64,000 nucleotides of DNA from Octopus bimaculoides (lineage: Eukaryota), in NCBI RefSeq assembly GCF_001194135.2, contig NC_068987.1, positions 51,256,206 to 51,320,205 on the forward strand, in the 5' to 3' direction. The notes beneath the pieces were generated by a model. It saw only the letters and a list, made by a program, of their open reading frames with translations, ran no database searches and was not told the DNA's origin. Positions 11,451 through 23,389 of the stretch are shown here, in pieces. The first letter of the stretch is position 1. Each line of letters starts with the position of its first letter. A program made the position numbers and the translations under genes.

Positions 11451-11701
11451 AGTTCTTTCAATTTTGTTTCCATTTCTTTATCTTCCTGACACCTAAGGCA
11501 CAGATACTAATTTTATACATTGATAAGCCATTAAAATAAACACACCTGGTTGATCATTTACAAAATTCAATGCTAAGATGAAGCATCGGTGGTCTGTCTT
11601 TATCCCGAAGATTCGTAGCTACTAATTGTTGTACTTCTGGCTAATACCACCATGTTTGCTATGTTTTCTGCTTCTGGTCAACAGCAGCTTGTTTGCTATG
11701 G

Positions 11702-11788
11702 GCTTCTTCTTCTTCTTCTTCTTCTTCTTCTTCTTCTTCTTCTTCTTCTTCTTCTTCTTCTTCTTCTTCTTCTTCTTCTTCTTCTTCT
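11702..11788. repeat. (CTT)n microsatellite
   Basis: Seen directly. Confidence 0.95.
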
Positions 11789-13389
11789 TCTTCTTCTTCT
11801 TCTTCTTTCTTTGTGTTGGTAGCCCCTGTCTATCTATAACATTATAAGTGATACCTTAATGTCCTCACAACAATGATTGTGTGTCAATCTAGTTCTACTG
11901 ATTATATATGATTACATATGAAACAACATGAAAGCAATTCGGCAATACGAATACGTGAATTTCCATACTGCTAAGTCCAGATAACATCAAATAAGCTTAC
12001 CTAGTCAGAGAGTAATGGACTAAAGCAAAATACTTAGGATTTATAAACATGTTCCTTACTGCCAAATTAAACTCTTCTTGTAATAGCTCGGAATCGACTT
12101 ACCGAAACTGGCGTGAGTTGCTCCGAAACGATTCGCATAGAATATCAAATAAGGAAGACACGAAGTAATTGAACAAGAGCTGAATAAGTTTAACTGCACG
12201 GGAAAATAAGATATTATGATAAATAAATTTAGTACAGTGCGTCCCACATAACAGAATAATGTATTTGTGATATCGTAGTGAATCGTTGTCTTAAAGAAAT
12301 TACTTAATTGCTGGTAAATATATTCATACAGGCGATAAACGATATCAGTGATTGAACATTTTTCTCTATTTTACAAACTGTAATATAATCTCTTTATAGA
12401 TTCGTAATAGTATTTCTAATCTGTAACTCTCAATGATTTATCGGTTTCTTTTGGTTCTGTCTTGTTTGAATCAATGAAGTTTATAAAGTATATGCTTAAC
12501 TTTAAAACGACGAGTCCATAAGATCTGTTATTTGACTTTCAAAATTTAGCTTACCTATAATATGATATAGTTCTGTTGCATTGCATATAACGTAGGCGGA
12601 TTCCTCATTTTATTTCTAAAGAATTTTCTTCTACTTATTTCTCCATATCTCACGCATAACACAACTTTAATGTCCCATTACTCCCAAGTGGGCCACATAA
12701 ATATGTTTTAGTAGCCCAGTAAAGGAGAAAGGCCTATACTGTCGGGAGAAAATTACCTCATTACACATCTTAGTCGATGTTACCCAGTTTAGCAGCCACT
12801 ATAAGACCATTGTACAAACAAGAAATGATTCTTTTGCGAAATACGCAGTGGCAAATATCTCGAAACTAAAGCTAATCCTGAGGTTTTTAGGGAAAAGAAT
12901 CTGTACAAATTTTGTAGTGTTCTTTCCTCTATTTCTCAAATATGACAATTTTTCGGCTACATATTTGTAAGAAGTGTTCCAGATTGGTCGCAGTTCAATG
13001 ATTAAAAAAATATAAGAATAAAAGCATAATAGCTAAAACTATAAAATGTAATTAACAGCGAAACAATTAAAGAATAAATTATCTTTGATCTTGTCCGGTA
13101 TTTGAAACCTTTTACTACCTTTGCAATTATATGACATTTGAACAGGGAAGTTTAATACATATAGAGTTCTAGTATACAATATTAGTACTTCTGTTTCCCA
13201 TTTTCAACCGAGTTGACTAAGTACTTGGATTTTGCTGTTCACACGTTAATGTGTGATAAATTTGGTGCACAGCTTTGGAATTATTTCTTTGAAGATAAAC
13301 ATCGACACATATAGAAATAGATAAATTCACATACGTACAAAACACGCACATACTCACACACACACACATGTACACACACACACACATGT

Positions 13390-13421
<32 letters not shown>

Positions 13422-13829
13422 ACACACACACACATATACATACGCATTTAGCTCTTTTATTCGGCAGAAGTTGCCAAAAAGATTGGAAGGTGACAAAAAG
13501 ATTGGTAAGCATGGCACTTAACTACCAAAACAAAACAGAAAGGAAAACATGAGGATAATTTAGATAAGTGACGTGCACTTGACTTTCAGACTTTCTATAA
13601 ATTAAATTTTTTAAAGGTATATATAGTCATGCAGTATACGCAACTGAAACAGTATTTGATTAAGATAGTCATCTGAGTGTCATATTTAATGGATACACAT
13701 TGTCGATAGACCAGTTGCAGCAGTATTCATTCTGAGATAATATCTCTTGTGGACATCTCATTAACATAACTCATTTATAATAGATGTTATGTCAGCACAA
13801 ATACAAAAGACATCGTGTGTAGATTAGAC

Positions 13830-13904
<75 letters not shown>

Positions 13905-14283
13905 NNNNNNNNNNNNNNNNNNNNNNNNNNNNNNNNNNNNNNNNNNNNNNNNNNNNNNNNNNNNNNNNNNNNNNNNNNNNNNNNNNNNNNNNNNNNNNNN
14001 NNNNNNNNNNNNNNNNNNNNNNNNNNNNNNNNNNNNNNNNNNNNNNNNNNNNNNNNNNNNNNNNNNNNNNNNNNNNNNNNNNNNNNNNNNNNNNNNNNNN
14101 NNNNNNNNNNNNNNNNNNNNNNNNNNNNNNNNNNNNNNNNNNNNNNNNNNNNNNNNNNNNNNNNNNNNNNNNNNNNNNNNNNNNNNNNNNNNNNNNNNNN
14201 NNNNNNNNNNNNNNNNNNNNNNNNNNNNNNNNNNNNNNNNNNNNNNNNNNNNNNNNNNNNNNNNNNNNNNNNNNNNNNNNNNN

Positions 14284-14374
<91 letters not shown>

Positions 14375-14445
14375 GTATGTATGTATAAAGAAAGACAAGG
14401 ATAAAGAGACCAATGGCAAAATTAGAATTATATTTTATGGATAAA

Positions 14446-14494
14446 GTCCTACAGCTGTTTTAGGGAAAATCGAATGGATCCCTTCATCGGAGAC
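14446..14494 (-). ncRNA. Degenerate hammerhead-like motif (U4C family)
   Basis: GUCU CCGAUGA AGGGA..UCCCU AAAA CAGCUG UA GGAC; GAAA has become AAAA. Confidence 0.4.
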
Positions 14495-14746
14495 GGTAAT
14501 AGTAGAGGAATGGATTATTACGTCTATAAGAGGAGATTTGTAGTAAGAAGTGAGAGCGAGGCGCAGAAAAAAGAACAAAGAAAAAACAGTACTTGGAGTG
14601 TAGCTCCATTCCAGCAGTAAACATCCATGTAAAGAATCCTTGTGGGTATTTTCCGGGGATAATAGTAGTAGCAAAGGTGGATATATATCATATCGTACTA
14701 CAAATCTCCTCTTATAGACGTAATAATCCATTCTTCTACTATTACC

Positions 14747-14795
14747 GTCTCCGATGAAGGGATACATTGGATTTTCTCTAAAACAGCTGTAAGAC
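14747..14795 (+). ncRNA. Degenerate hammerhead-like motif (U4C family)
   Basis: gtct ccgatga aggga..tctct aaaa cagctg ta agac; stem I gtct/agac, palindromic stem III. Confidence 0.4.
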
Positions 14796-15257
14796 TTTAT
14801 CCATAAAATATAATTCTAACTTTGCCATTGGTCTCTTTATCCTTTTCTTTCTTTATACATACACACGATAATACACGACCTATGTTATATTCCCCACACA
14901 TGTTGATACAACGACAAGGGCAAAACTAGTCGGTATACAGCACTTACTCCAATAATTTTCATAACCTATATATATATATATATATATGTATAGTCTACAA
15001 GGTTGCATATTCCCTCGATGAAGAAGGAGGGAACATGCACTTGTTGATCGGATTACTACTCTTTGTTCTTCTTTAGTGTACATTGCTATTGGAGCGGCCC
15101 TGCTTAACTTGTGAAGCCAGAATAAAAAATGACGCAATCAGGCTCAAAAATCAATCACACGAGCATAATAATACCAGCTATAAGCACGCATGCGCAGAAG
15201 GCAGTGTAACACTAATAAAGATGTTATGGCGAAAGTGCGGATGATTTTTGACTTACA

Positions 15258-15291
<34 letters not shown>

Positions 15292-15880
15292 NNNNNNNNN
15301 NNNNNNNNNNNNNNNNNNNNNNNNNNNNNNNNNNNNNNNNNNNNNNNNNNNNNNNNNNNNNNNNNNNNNNNNNNNNNNNNNNNNNNNNNNNNNNNNNNNN
15401 NNNNNNNNNNNNNNNNNNNNNNNNNNNNNNNNNNNNNNNNNNNNNNNNNNNNNNNNNNNNNNNNNNNNNNNNNNNNNNNNNNNNNNNNNNNNNNNNNNNN
15501 NNNNNNNNNNNNNNNNNNNNNNNNNNNNNNNNNNNNNNNNNNNNNNNNNNNNNNNNNNNNNNNNNNNNNNNNNNNNNNNNNNNNNNNNNNNNNNNNNNNN
15601 NNNNNNNNNNNNNNNNNNNNNNNNNNNNNNNNNNNNNNNNNNNNNNNNNNNNNNNNNNNNNNNNNNNNNNNNNNNNNNNNNNNNNNNNNNNNNNNNNNNN
15701 NNNNNNNNNNNNNNNNNNNNNNNNNNNNNNNNNNNNNNNNNNNNNNNNNNNNNNNNNNNNNNNNNNNNNNNNNNNNNNNNNNNNNNNNNNNNNNNNNNNN
15801 NNNNNNNNNNNNNNNNNNNNNNNNNNNNNNNNNNNNNNNNNNNNNNNNNNNNNATATATATATATATATATACATACATA

Positions 15881-16681
15881 CAGCGTGAGGTGAATATATT
15901 ATCGTCTAAATACGCAAAAGTCAGAATAATACTGACACCACATTTTAGCAAATATATTTACCAAAATTACATAAAGATATCTGGAAATACTCTTGCAACT
16001 CCTCTGGAAGCTCTCCTTGTTTAGGTTCGTGGATGTTGCCATAGTCCTTGGGTTCACTTCATCGTTGATGTTACAAGAAGTTTTGTTGGCCTCCCGCTCA
16101 TCTGCTTCCCGTACATGATATTCAATGCGGTAGGTAACTGGGAATTTAGGTGGCCAGTTGTTAGGGGTGATGTGGTCGCAGAATTGTCTGACAGCCAGTA
16201 CTGGATTGATCTGTTGCATGGCATGATGCAGAATCCTATTGGGAGACATAGAGTCTTGACCCAGGAGAGAAATACTTCCTCCAGGCATTTGATGTAGGCC
16301 GCAATATTGAGTCAGAGGCAGTGTGGAAGGATGAATAGAGGCATTACGTCGCCATCACTAGTGATCACTCCAAACACCATGATGTTGACTGGATGTTTGA
16401 TTTTTATCACTTTCGGTACATGTCCTCATATTGCACTGTACTCACATTCATACTCAAACACTCGGAAATTTTCGTATTGGAGTTTCCGGCGCGAATGCCA
16501 AGCAGTACAGCATGTCATTTCCAGGTTTCTAGCAGAGTGAATTGCTTCATGGTGCTGTTGTTCTCACAAACGGTGCCAAACTGACCCTACTATAGTGTGT
16601 TGTCGACAAAATCAAAAACAATCATTGTGCATGCGCGAAATTAAAAATGTAAAATGGTGACAATTTAACCATCGCACCCTG
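15881..16681 (-). mobile_element. maT/DD37D (Tc1/mariner superfamily) transposon, internally deleted
   Basis: Degenerate TIRs cagcgtgagg.. and cagggtgcgatgg.., with TA on the left. Minus strand reads AVLLGIRAGNSNTKISECL, then after a deletion KHPVNIMVFGVITSDGDVM..HITPNNWPPKFP..EREANKTSCN..TNLNKE. Confidence 0.85.
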
Positions 16682-16694
16682 TGTGTGTGTGTAT

Positions 16695-17620
16695 TGTTAC
16701 GAACGAACCACGCGGAGTACCTCAACGAAGAGAAAACTCGCGTGCGCGACCGTCGACGCTCAGTGAGTCAGGATGTTCACCATGACCAAGCCCAGCCGTA
16801 GCACGTAACGATGACAACAGAAAGGAGGAAGAAATAACACGGACCATACGTTGCGTAGTGAAACTAACTTTTTTTTTCATCATCAAAACAAAACAACATT
16901 GCATAACAATAATTCATTGTACTTGCTTCTGTAATAGTACATGTAACAATAGTTTCCATGCTTTTAACAAAGGTTTTCAATCATTACATAATCAACAGTT
17001 TACAATCAAAGTTCGCGTCTCAAAAGTCAATTAAAAGTTCTTTTTGCTTCTTTTGCTTTCCTTCACAAAAACATGTAACAACAAAGTTCTCTCTTTTCTT
17101 TTCTTTTCTTTTCAACCAGTTAACATCACAATTAACAAGAGTTAACGAAGTTCTTTTTCTTTTAAAACATGTAACAATAAAGTACATTTTTCTTTAAAAA
17201 TATATACACAAACCTTTACCGTAACCAATTCAAATCTCCCACTACAATCGACCAGAACTGACCAAGGCAGTCTACTACAATCTGCCACTCACTTTTGCCT
17301 GCCACAACAGTTCCTTCTCTCTCATTGACTCTATCCATTTCGGTCACTGATACCTTGTGTCAATAGCCTCTCTGTCTTAGCCTCTTTCTGTCAGCCTCTC
17401 TGTTCATCTTGCTTCTCTTCACTCACTGCTGGCTGTCACACATTCGTTATTCACTGCCTGATCGCTTGTACATCGACTGCCCTGTCCATCTGGCTGCTGT
17501 GTTTACATCAACTCCGTTTACACCAACTGCGATTCCCAAATCTATGCTCCCGTATTTATAACAGATACCGTACCCAAAAGTGCTATGTTACCCCCTCCAA
17601 AGCTGGGTCAGTTTAGTACA
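16695..17620. repeat. Solo-LTR-like repeat
   Basis: Begins tgttac and ends gtaca, with a minus-strand TATA-like ttataaat near 17555. No matching TSD found. Confidence 0.3.
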
Positions 17621-18115
17621 GTTCCTAACTTGTTTTTCTAAACTTTCGATGACCGGAAAGGGTCAGCGATCACACTCCTACGCTATAAATAGCTGTGCTT
17701 GTTGACAGGACAAAGGAAATACCATTGTCGTCAACAACTAGAAACGGTTTCAAACTCAGGTCGGGGAATAGGGANNNNNNNNNNNNNNNNNNNNNNNNNN
17801 NNNNNNNNNNNNNNNNNNNNNNNNNNNNNNNNNNNNNNNNNNNNNNNNNNNNNNNNNNNNNNNNNNNNNNNNNNNNNNNNNNNNNNNNNNNNNNNNNNNN
17901 NNNNNNNNNNNNNNNNNNNNNNNNNNNNNNNNNNNNNNNNNNNNNNNNNNNNNNNNNNNNNNNNNNNNNNNNNNNNNNNNNNNNNNNNNNNNNNNNNNNN
18001 NNNNNNNNNNNNNNNNNNNNNNNNNNNNNNNNNNNNNNNNNNNNNNNNNNNNNNNNNNNNNNNNNNNNNNNNNNNNNNNNNNNNNNNNNNNNNNNNNNNN
18101 NNNNNNNNNNNNNNT

Positions 18116-19057
18116 ATATATTGCTTAAATCAAAGGTCACATTAACATATCTACGCGCTAGAAATAAGAGTTAAAATCCTCATTTAGACTACCCAAAAAT
18201 ATTTACACTGAAAATAACAGATTCAAACTGTACACTGGCGAGTGTACCGAAAAACAATCTCTCACCTACCTGCATAGCATAAATCTATATATTTAATACA
18301 ACAAGTATATATGTGGACGTGTTTCTGATTTCAAACAAAGATCTTACTTTCTTCAGTACATCTAAACCCTTTCGAACCTCTTCCGAATCCGCCATGTTGA
18401 AATCTGTCGGCGTCCTTAATTGTTTAACGCCAAATTGTGGACAGCCTCGGGACGTAAATATCGAATCAGCAGCAAAGAATATTCAGAGACGAATACTTAT
18501 GTATGTATTAATATTGTTATTATTACCGAAGGCAACACACATAGTTTATAATAACAACAATATTAATATAGGTGGTTGCAGGCCTAAATCAGCATTATAT
18601 TGCTATAGAATTAAAATTACATTAACCAAAGGGAACATTAAAGTATCTACATGCTAGCAATAAGAGTTAAAACCCTCATTTGGACCACCAAAAATTATCT
18701 TTGTATCAAACCAGAAACCGGTCTGCATATATACCTGTTCCATTAAATGTATAGCTTTATGCTATATAGGTACGTGCGAGATTATTTCAGTTCGCTCGCC
18801 ACTATACAGTTTGAATCTATTATTTTCAATGTAAATATATTTTTGTGGTCCAAATGAGGGTTTTAACTCTTATTTCTAGCAGATAGACACGTCAATGTGT
18901 CCTCTGGTTAATTTAATTTTAATTCTAAAGCTATATAATGGTGATTTAGGCTTGCAACCACCTATATTAATATTGTTATAAATATATTTGTATTGCCCTC
19001 GATAACGATAACAATATTAATATCTATATAAATATTCACTTCTGAATATTTTTGTTG

Positions 19058-19062
<5 letters not shown>
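18116..19062. repeat. Three related AT-rich segments forming a foldback structure
   Basis: 18465-18695 is the reverse complement of 18840-19062; 18116-18300 is the reverse complement of ~18745-18930. Shared core gctag(a/c)aataagagttaaaa(c/t)cctcattt. Confidence 0.7.
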
Positions 19063-19106
<44 letters not shown>

Positions 19107-19149
19107 CTGTTCTGTCCTTTTCTGCATGTTATACCAAAACTTTGCTGCT

Positions 19150-19747
19150 TACTTGCTTATGACAGTCCATGAAAGGTGATGACGACGTCGATCCAAGACA
19201 GTCATAATTCTCCGCCTCCAGCACATGTTTTCATGTGAGCTGATGTGGCTGACAAGTCCGATACGAGATTGGTTGATGATGACGAGTCCTCATCGCTTCA
19301 TGAATTCTCCTGTATGCAGAGAGGAGGAGGCGTTTCAAAGCCCTACACTCCAGTATATTTCATGGATCTCAAGTTTCGATCTCGATGAAGAGAACCATGT
19401 TTGAGAGTCGGTTAACTGGCATCCAAATTACAGGGCCAACCCAGCGAAGAATATGGCGAAGAATGCAGACGTGGACGCTGTAAATCACAGCCCTCAGGAA
19501 ATTTACGGTGTGAGGTACCTTGTACTTTCCCGCAAAACCGCAGATAATTTGGGGGAATCTAATATGGAATGATTGTCTTATTTGTTGCCAGTAAATGGTC
19601 GAGTACTCAGACCCGTACAGATAGCTCGATAAAGGGAAATTTTTGTACTTGCTCTCAGGTTTTGTTCTGAAAGACGTCTCCGCAGAATCCCCCGACATAT
19701 ACAAAGCCTAATTTATCTCCACCGACATTGCGGTGGAGATAAATTAG
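19150..19747 (-). mobile_element. RTE-clade LINE 3' fragment
   Basis: Minus strand STKISLYRAI..YLYGSE..KVPHT..LRWVGPVIWMP..SRIGLVSH, which are characteristic post-RT and C-terminal RTE motifs; frameshifted. Confidence 0.8.
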
Positions 19748-19789
19748 AAAACGCACGAAACACAGTTCCGATGTTTGTTTCGTTGCAAT

Positions 19790-20373
19790 TCATAACTTCA
19801 AATGCCACTCCTGGCAAGAGGAGGGGTGTAGTTCAATGAAGCCCCAAACCGCCGGAAAAAACATTTTTTTCCAAAGGAAAAATTATAGGATTCCGTTCCT
19901 TTTTTCTGTTGTTCATCTCCAAAGGAACAACAGTTCAAATGCCACCCCCGCCAGAGGAAGGGGCGCTTCTCAGATACAGGGCCTGAAAACATCTGAATAC
20001 ATTTTTTTTCCAAAAGAAAATTGTAGTTCAAATGATAAATTCCTTGCAATAGGAACAGCAGTTCAAATTCCACTCTCGTTTTGGCGGGGATGGGGGGAAG
20101 TTCAACAATGCCTACAAAGGCTAAATTTAAAAAATGCACTCTGTTGAAGTATCTAGTCGAATATACAAAATGGCTACAGAATTTTCACTATTCTACGGAA
20201 CACCAGGAAATAAAAATGTCCAACACAGCCTGCAAACAGGCAACAGTTCTCAATAACAATTTTCAACAATGAATTTTCAACAAAAGTTTACAATAAATAA
20301 CAATTTCAAAAATATAAAAAATGACAATTCAAACAGCGTAAAAAAAAAAAAATCACGACCGAAGTCTTCAACC
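19790..20373 (-). mobile_element. 5' region of Tx1-like unit B2 with ~135-bp subrepeats
   Basis: Starts GGTT directly after a target-like 13-mer. TG-rich; ttcaaat(g/t)ccac recurs at 19797, 19934 and 20062. Confidence 0.45.
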
Positions 20374-20386
20374 GGAATCAAGCTTC

Positions 20387-22025
20387 TTTATTTCATGAAA
20401 ATTGGCCATGCACAGAGGGAACATCACAAGGTGGAGACAAAAAGCAAACGAAAACGAATGGAATGAATGAAATTGTAAAATGAAAGATGAAATGAAGTCG
20501 CTCGGCCCCACCTCTGAACGACTTCATTGAACCTGTTACTACACCGTTTGTATTACCATTTGCAACCACAGTTTATACATCCTTTTCATTTAACAACAGT
20601 TCATTGACAACAGTTAATCCATATCGTTTTTAAAAAATGTCTATATTATATTTCTTATGTCGACGTACCTTATGTCGACAAACGTCATTCTTTCCGCCAT
20701 TTTGCAAATGTCAATTTTTTTCTTCCACCATTCGCAGTCACAAGATTCCATATACTTATTCAACTTCCACAGGTTCTCTGGTTCCGTCAGCACGTAATAA
20801 TTGTTCTCGGGCAGACACCTTACGCCTGCTACATCCACTTTGACTACTCCGCCCCACGAATTTACCTCATTATCTAGTTCCTCATCCTGTCCATTGTACG
20901 TCAATACATATTTTTCCTTAAAAGGGGGGGGGGGGGGGTAACATTGAGGCTCCTGTGTTTGCAATTGTTTTTTGTCAGACTGGGCACGGGGAGGGTTGGT
21001 GTATGTAGAGAGTAGCTGGGGTAGAGTGGGTGGGGGTGGGAGACATTCTTTACCATATGTGTCCTCTTCTTTTTCTTTTTTTTCTTCTCTGTTTTCTCCC
21101 AGCTGTCATTTGTCTCGTCTTCCTCGATGGTCATGTCCTTGTCCTCCACGGGCTCTGGAACACTTACCACTCTTTCACTCTCCTCAGCCTTTTCCAGTGG
21201 TGGAGGGCATTCCACTTTAATGTGGCCCTTCAAGTCATATCTATAACACCGCAGAACTCTTCCCTTCACTCTAACTTTCAAAATAGTTTCACCCACTAAG
21301 ATATTTTCTATCATTTTATTCAGGTCCTCCTCTGCGACCTATACCATCATTTCAAGGGTTTGTCCTTTCCAATTTCTTTGGGGCGTTCTGATGGACTGCA
21401 GGATCACCTTCTCCTCTATGGCAGCCACTAGCCAGGCTACATTCATTTCTGGTGGTATGTCTTCCACCCGAACCTTCGAAGTACGTCTCCCAAGGTATAC
21501 GGGTACAAGCACCACCTCGTCTGTCTTCAGCGGGGTGACCGAGTGCAGTCTGGCCGTTGCTATCTCCTTAAACTGCACCAGCACCTTCCATATTGTCGTC
21601 CCCTGGCAAGGTATATATCTCCTGCCAGACTGACCTCGGTGTCTTTTCCACCTATGGTTTCGACACCACTTCTATTTTCCTTGTTGCTGTAGCGTAGGTT
21701 CTATAGACAATCGTCCTTTCTACCTTGTCTTTTAATACTTTTGGGGGGAACACCTTCCCATCGTTACCCTCCCTTCCAAGCATTCCCTTAAACTCGCTCA
21801 ACACTTCCAGACTCACTTCTTCAATGTTCTCTCTTTATGCTGCTGCATAATTCCTCTTCTCCATCTCTTTGTCTATCTTGTTTAAGTATTCAACTTATTC
21901 CTCCTAAGACGAATCATATTCTAGGGAAGAATACCTCCATTATACAAGAGGAAAAACGTCGCTCCACCTGGAGAGCCCCCAAAATACGGGTGTACCAAAC
22001 AAACCCAATAAAGCAAACCATAACC
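20387..22025 (-). mobile_element. Tx1/L1-like ORF1-only element, copy B (~1.64 kb)
   Basis: ORF pieces PLKTDEVVLVPVYLGRRTSKVRVEDIPPEMNVAWLVAAI, RCYRYDLKGHIKVECP (knuckle) and a C-terminal block at 20641-20964. The conserved 3'UTR and aataaa follow with no room for ORF2. Confidence 0.75.
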
Positions 22026-22063
22026 TGAAGCAAGCTCCTTACCACACAACCACTCCTGCGCTT
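22026..22063 (-). mobile_element. SINE family 1 head, truncated at gcttgcttc
   Basis: Minus strand aagcgcaggagtggttgtgtggtaaggagcttgcttc(a); compare the uninterrupted copy at 39003. Confidence 0.75.
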
Positions 22064-23288
22064 ATGTGATTGTACACACACACACACACACACACGCGTA
22101 CGAATATATGTATTTACATTTATAGGGAGGCGCACACATATGCCTACCAACAAATACATATTATCGTTTTGATAGCGTTGTATGTGTCTCATCTTGATTT
22201 GTCTGGTCTAGCTGTCTGACTCTTACTTGTCACAAATTTTGTCCTTCTCATGTTGATCGCAGTATGACAGAATACATGGAGAGATGGGTATAAATCTGAT
22301 TAACGATATGACATATCTCCTGGAAACCTTAACGTTACTATGACGTACACCGTCTAGCACAAAATGCCAATGGAAAAGTGTAACGTTTTCAGACTAATTG
22401 TATTGCTGCTGTTTGATGTGCCTGGTCACGTTTTCGTTGACTCAGTGAATTTTATCAATTAAATACACTATCAGATAACATTCAGCAATTTCCCCTTGCA
22501 TTAGACAAGAAATGGAAATAAAATAAAATATAACAGCACTCGTGCGGACATAAATTTATATGAGCACATAATTATACAGAGATTTAGAAATATTCACATT
22601 TCTATACACGTATGGGAAAATTTATAAAACACAAAACAAACGTAATAAGATTGACTATCCTGCGATTTCCCAGGAGATTTCAATCACTTCATTTTCGTGT
22701 GCTAGAAGGCTGTTGTTACTGCAGCCATCATATCTATCTATCTATCTATCTATCTATCTTCTTTCCTTCATATTTTCTTTCTTTCTTTCTTCATATCTGT
22801 CTCTCTGTTTATCTACCTACCTTTCCATCCATTCATATATCTCTAGCTCTTTTTCGCTCTCCCCCCTCTCTCTCTCTCTATCTATCAATTTGTCTATGTA
22901 TGTATGTATGTATGTATGTATGTATGTATCTATCTATCTATCTATCAGCTGTTTGTCGCGTCGACTCCCGTAAATTGAAGTAATTTTTCGGTTTCATTTA
23001 TGTGTATCTGTATTTACCTCTGTTAAAAAGATACCTAGCAACCTTTGCGTGGCCCCGAGCGAGGCTTTCGCTTGAAAATTCACCCTTTAAGGGTAAATTT
23101 TCATATTTTAAAATCTTATTCTATATTTTTTCTTTCATCCGTCTGGAAAAATAGACAGTCCTCCTAAGACATGCCGCGTTCTCGTCCTTAAGTTAGAACT
23201 AGAATTTCCACCATTGCAAACAACGGAATCTTCGAGTAATAAACAAAATATTGATACACTGTCAACACACACACACACGCGCACACAC

Positions 23289-23325
<37 letters not shown>

Positions 23326-23389
23326 TACACACAGTCACTCACTCACTCACTCACTCACTCACTCACTCACTGTCACACACACGTATACA

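Larger units (their letters stand above)
14379..14960. mobile_element. Penelope-like terminal-repeat family, two copies in inverted arrangement
   Basis: Arms 14379-14545 and 14696-14862 are near-perfect reverse complements. The spacer plus arms match 29430-29870. Each arm carries a hammerhead-like motif. Confidence 0.6.

Noticed and set aside
12103-12193. Possible minus-strand exon (cag acceptor, gtaagt donor, open frame)
   Set aside because: No recognisable peptide or partner exon; such sites occur by chance in 64 kb.
23073-23103. 31-bp palindrome tgaaaattcaccctt-t-aagggtaaattttca
   Set aside because: Isolated, with no associated element ends; function cannot be supported.
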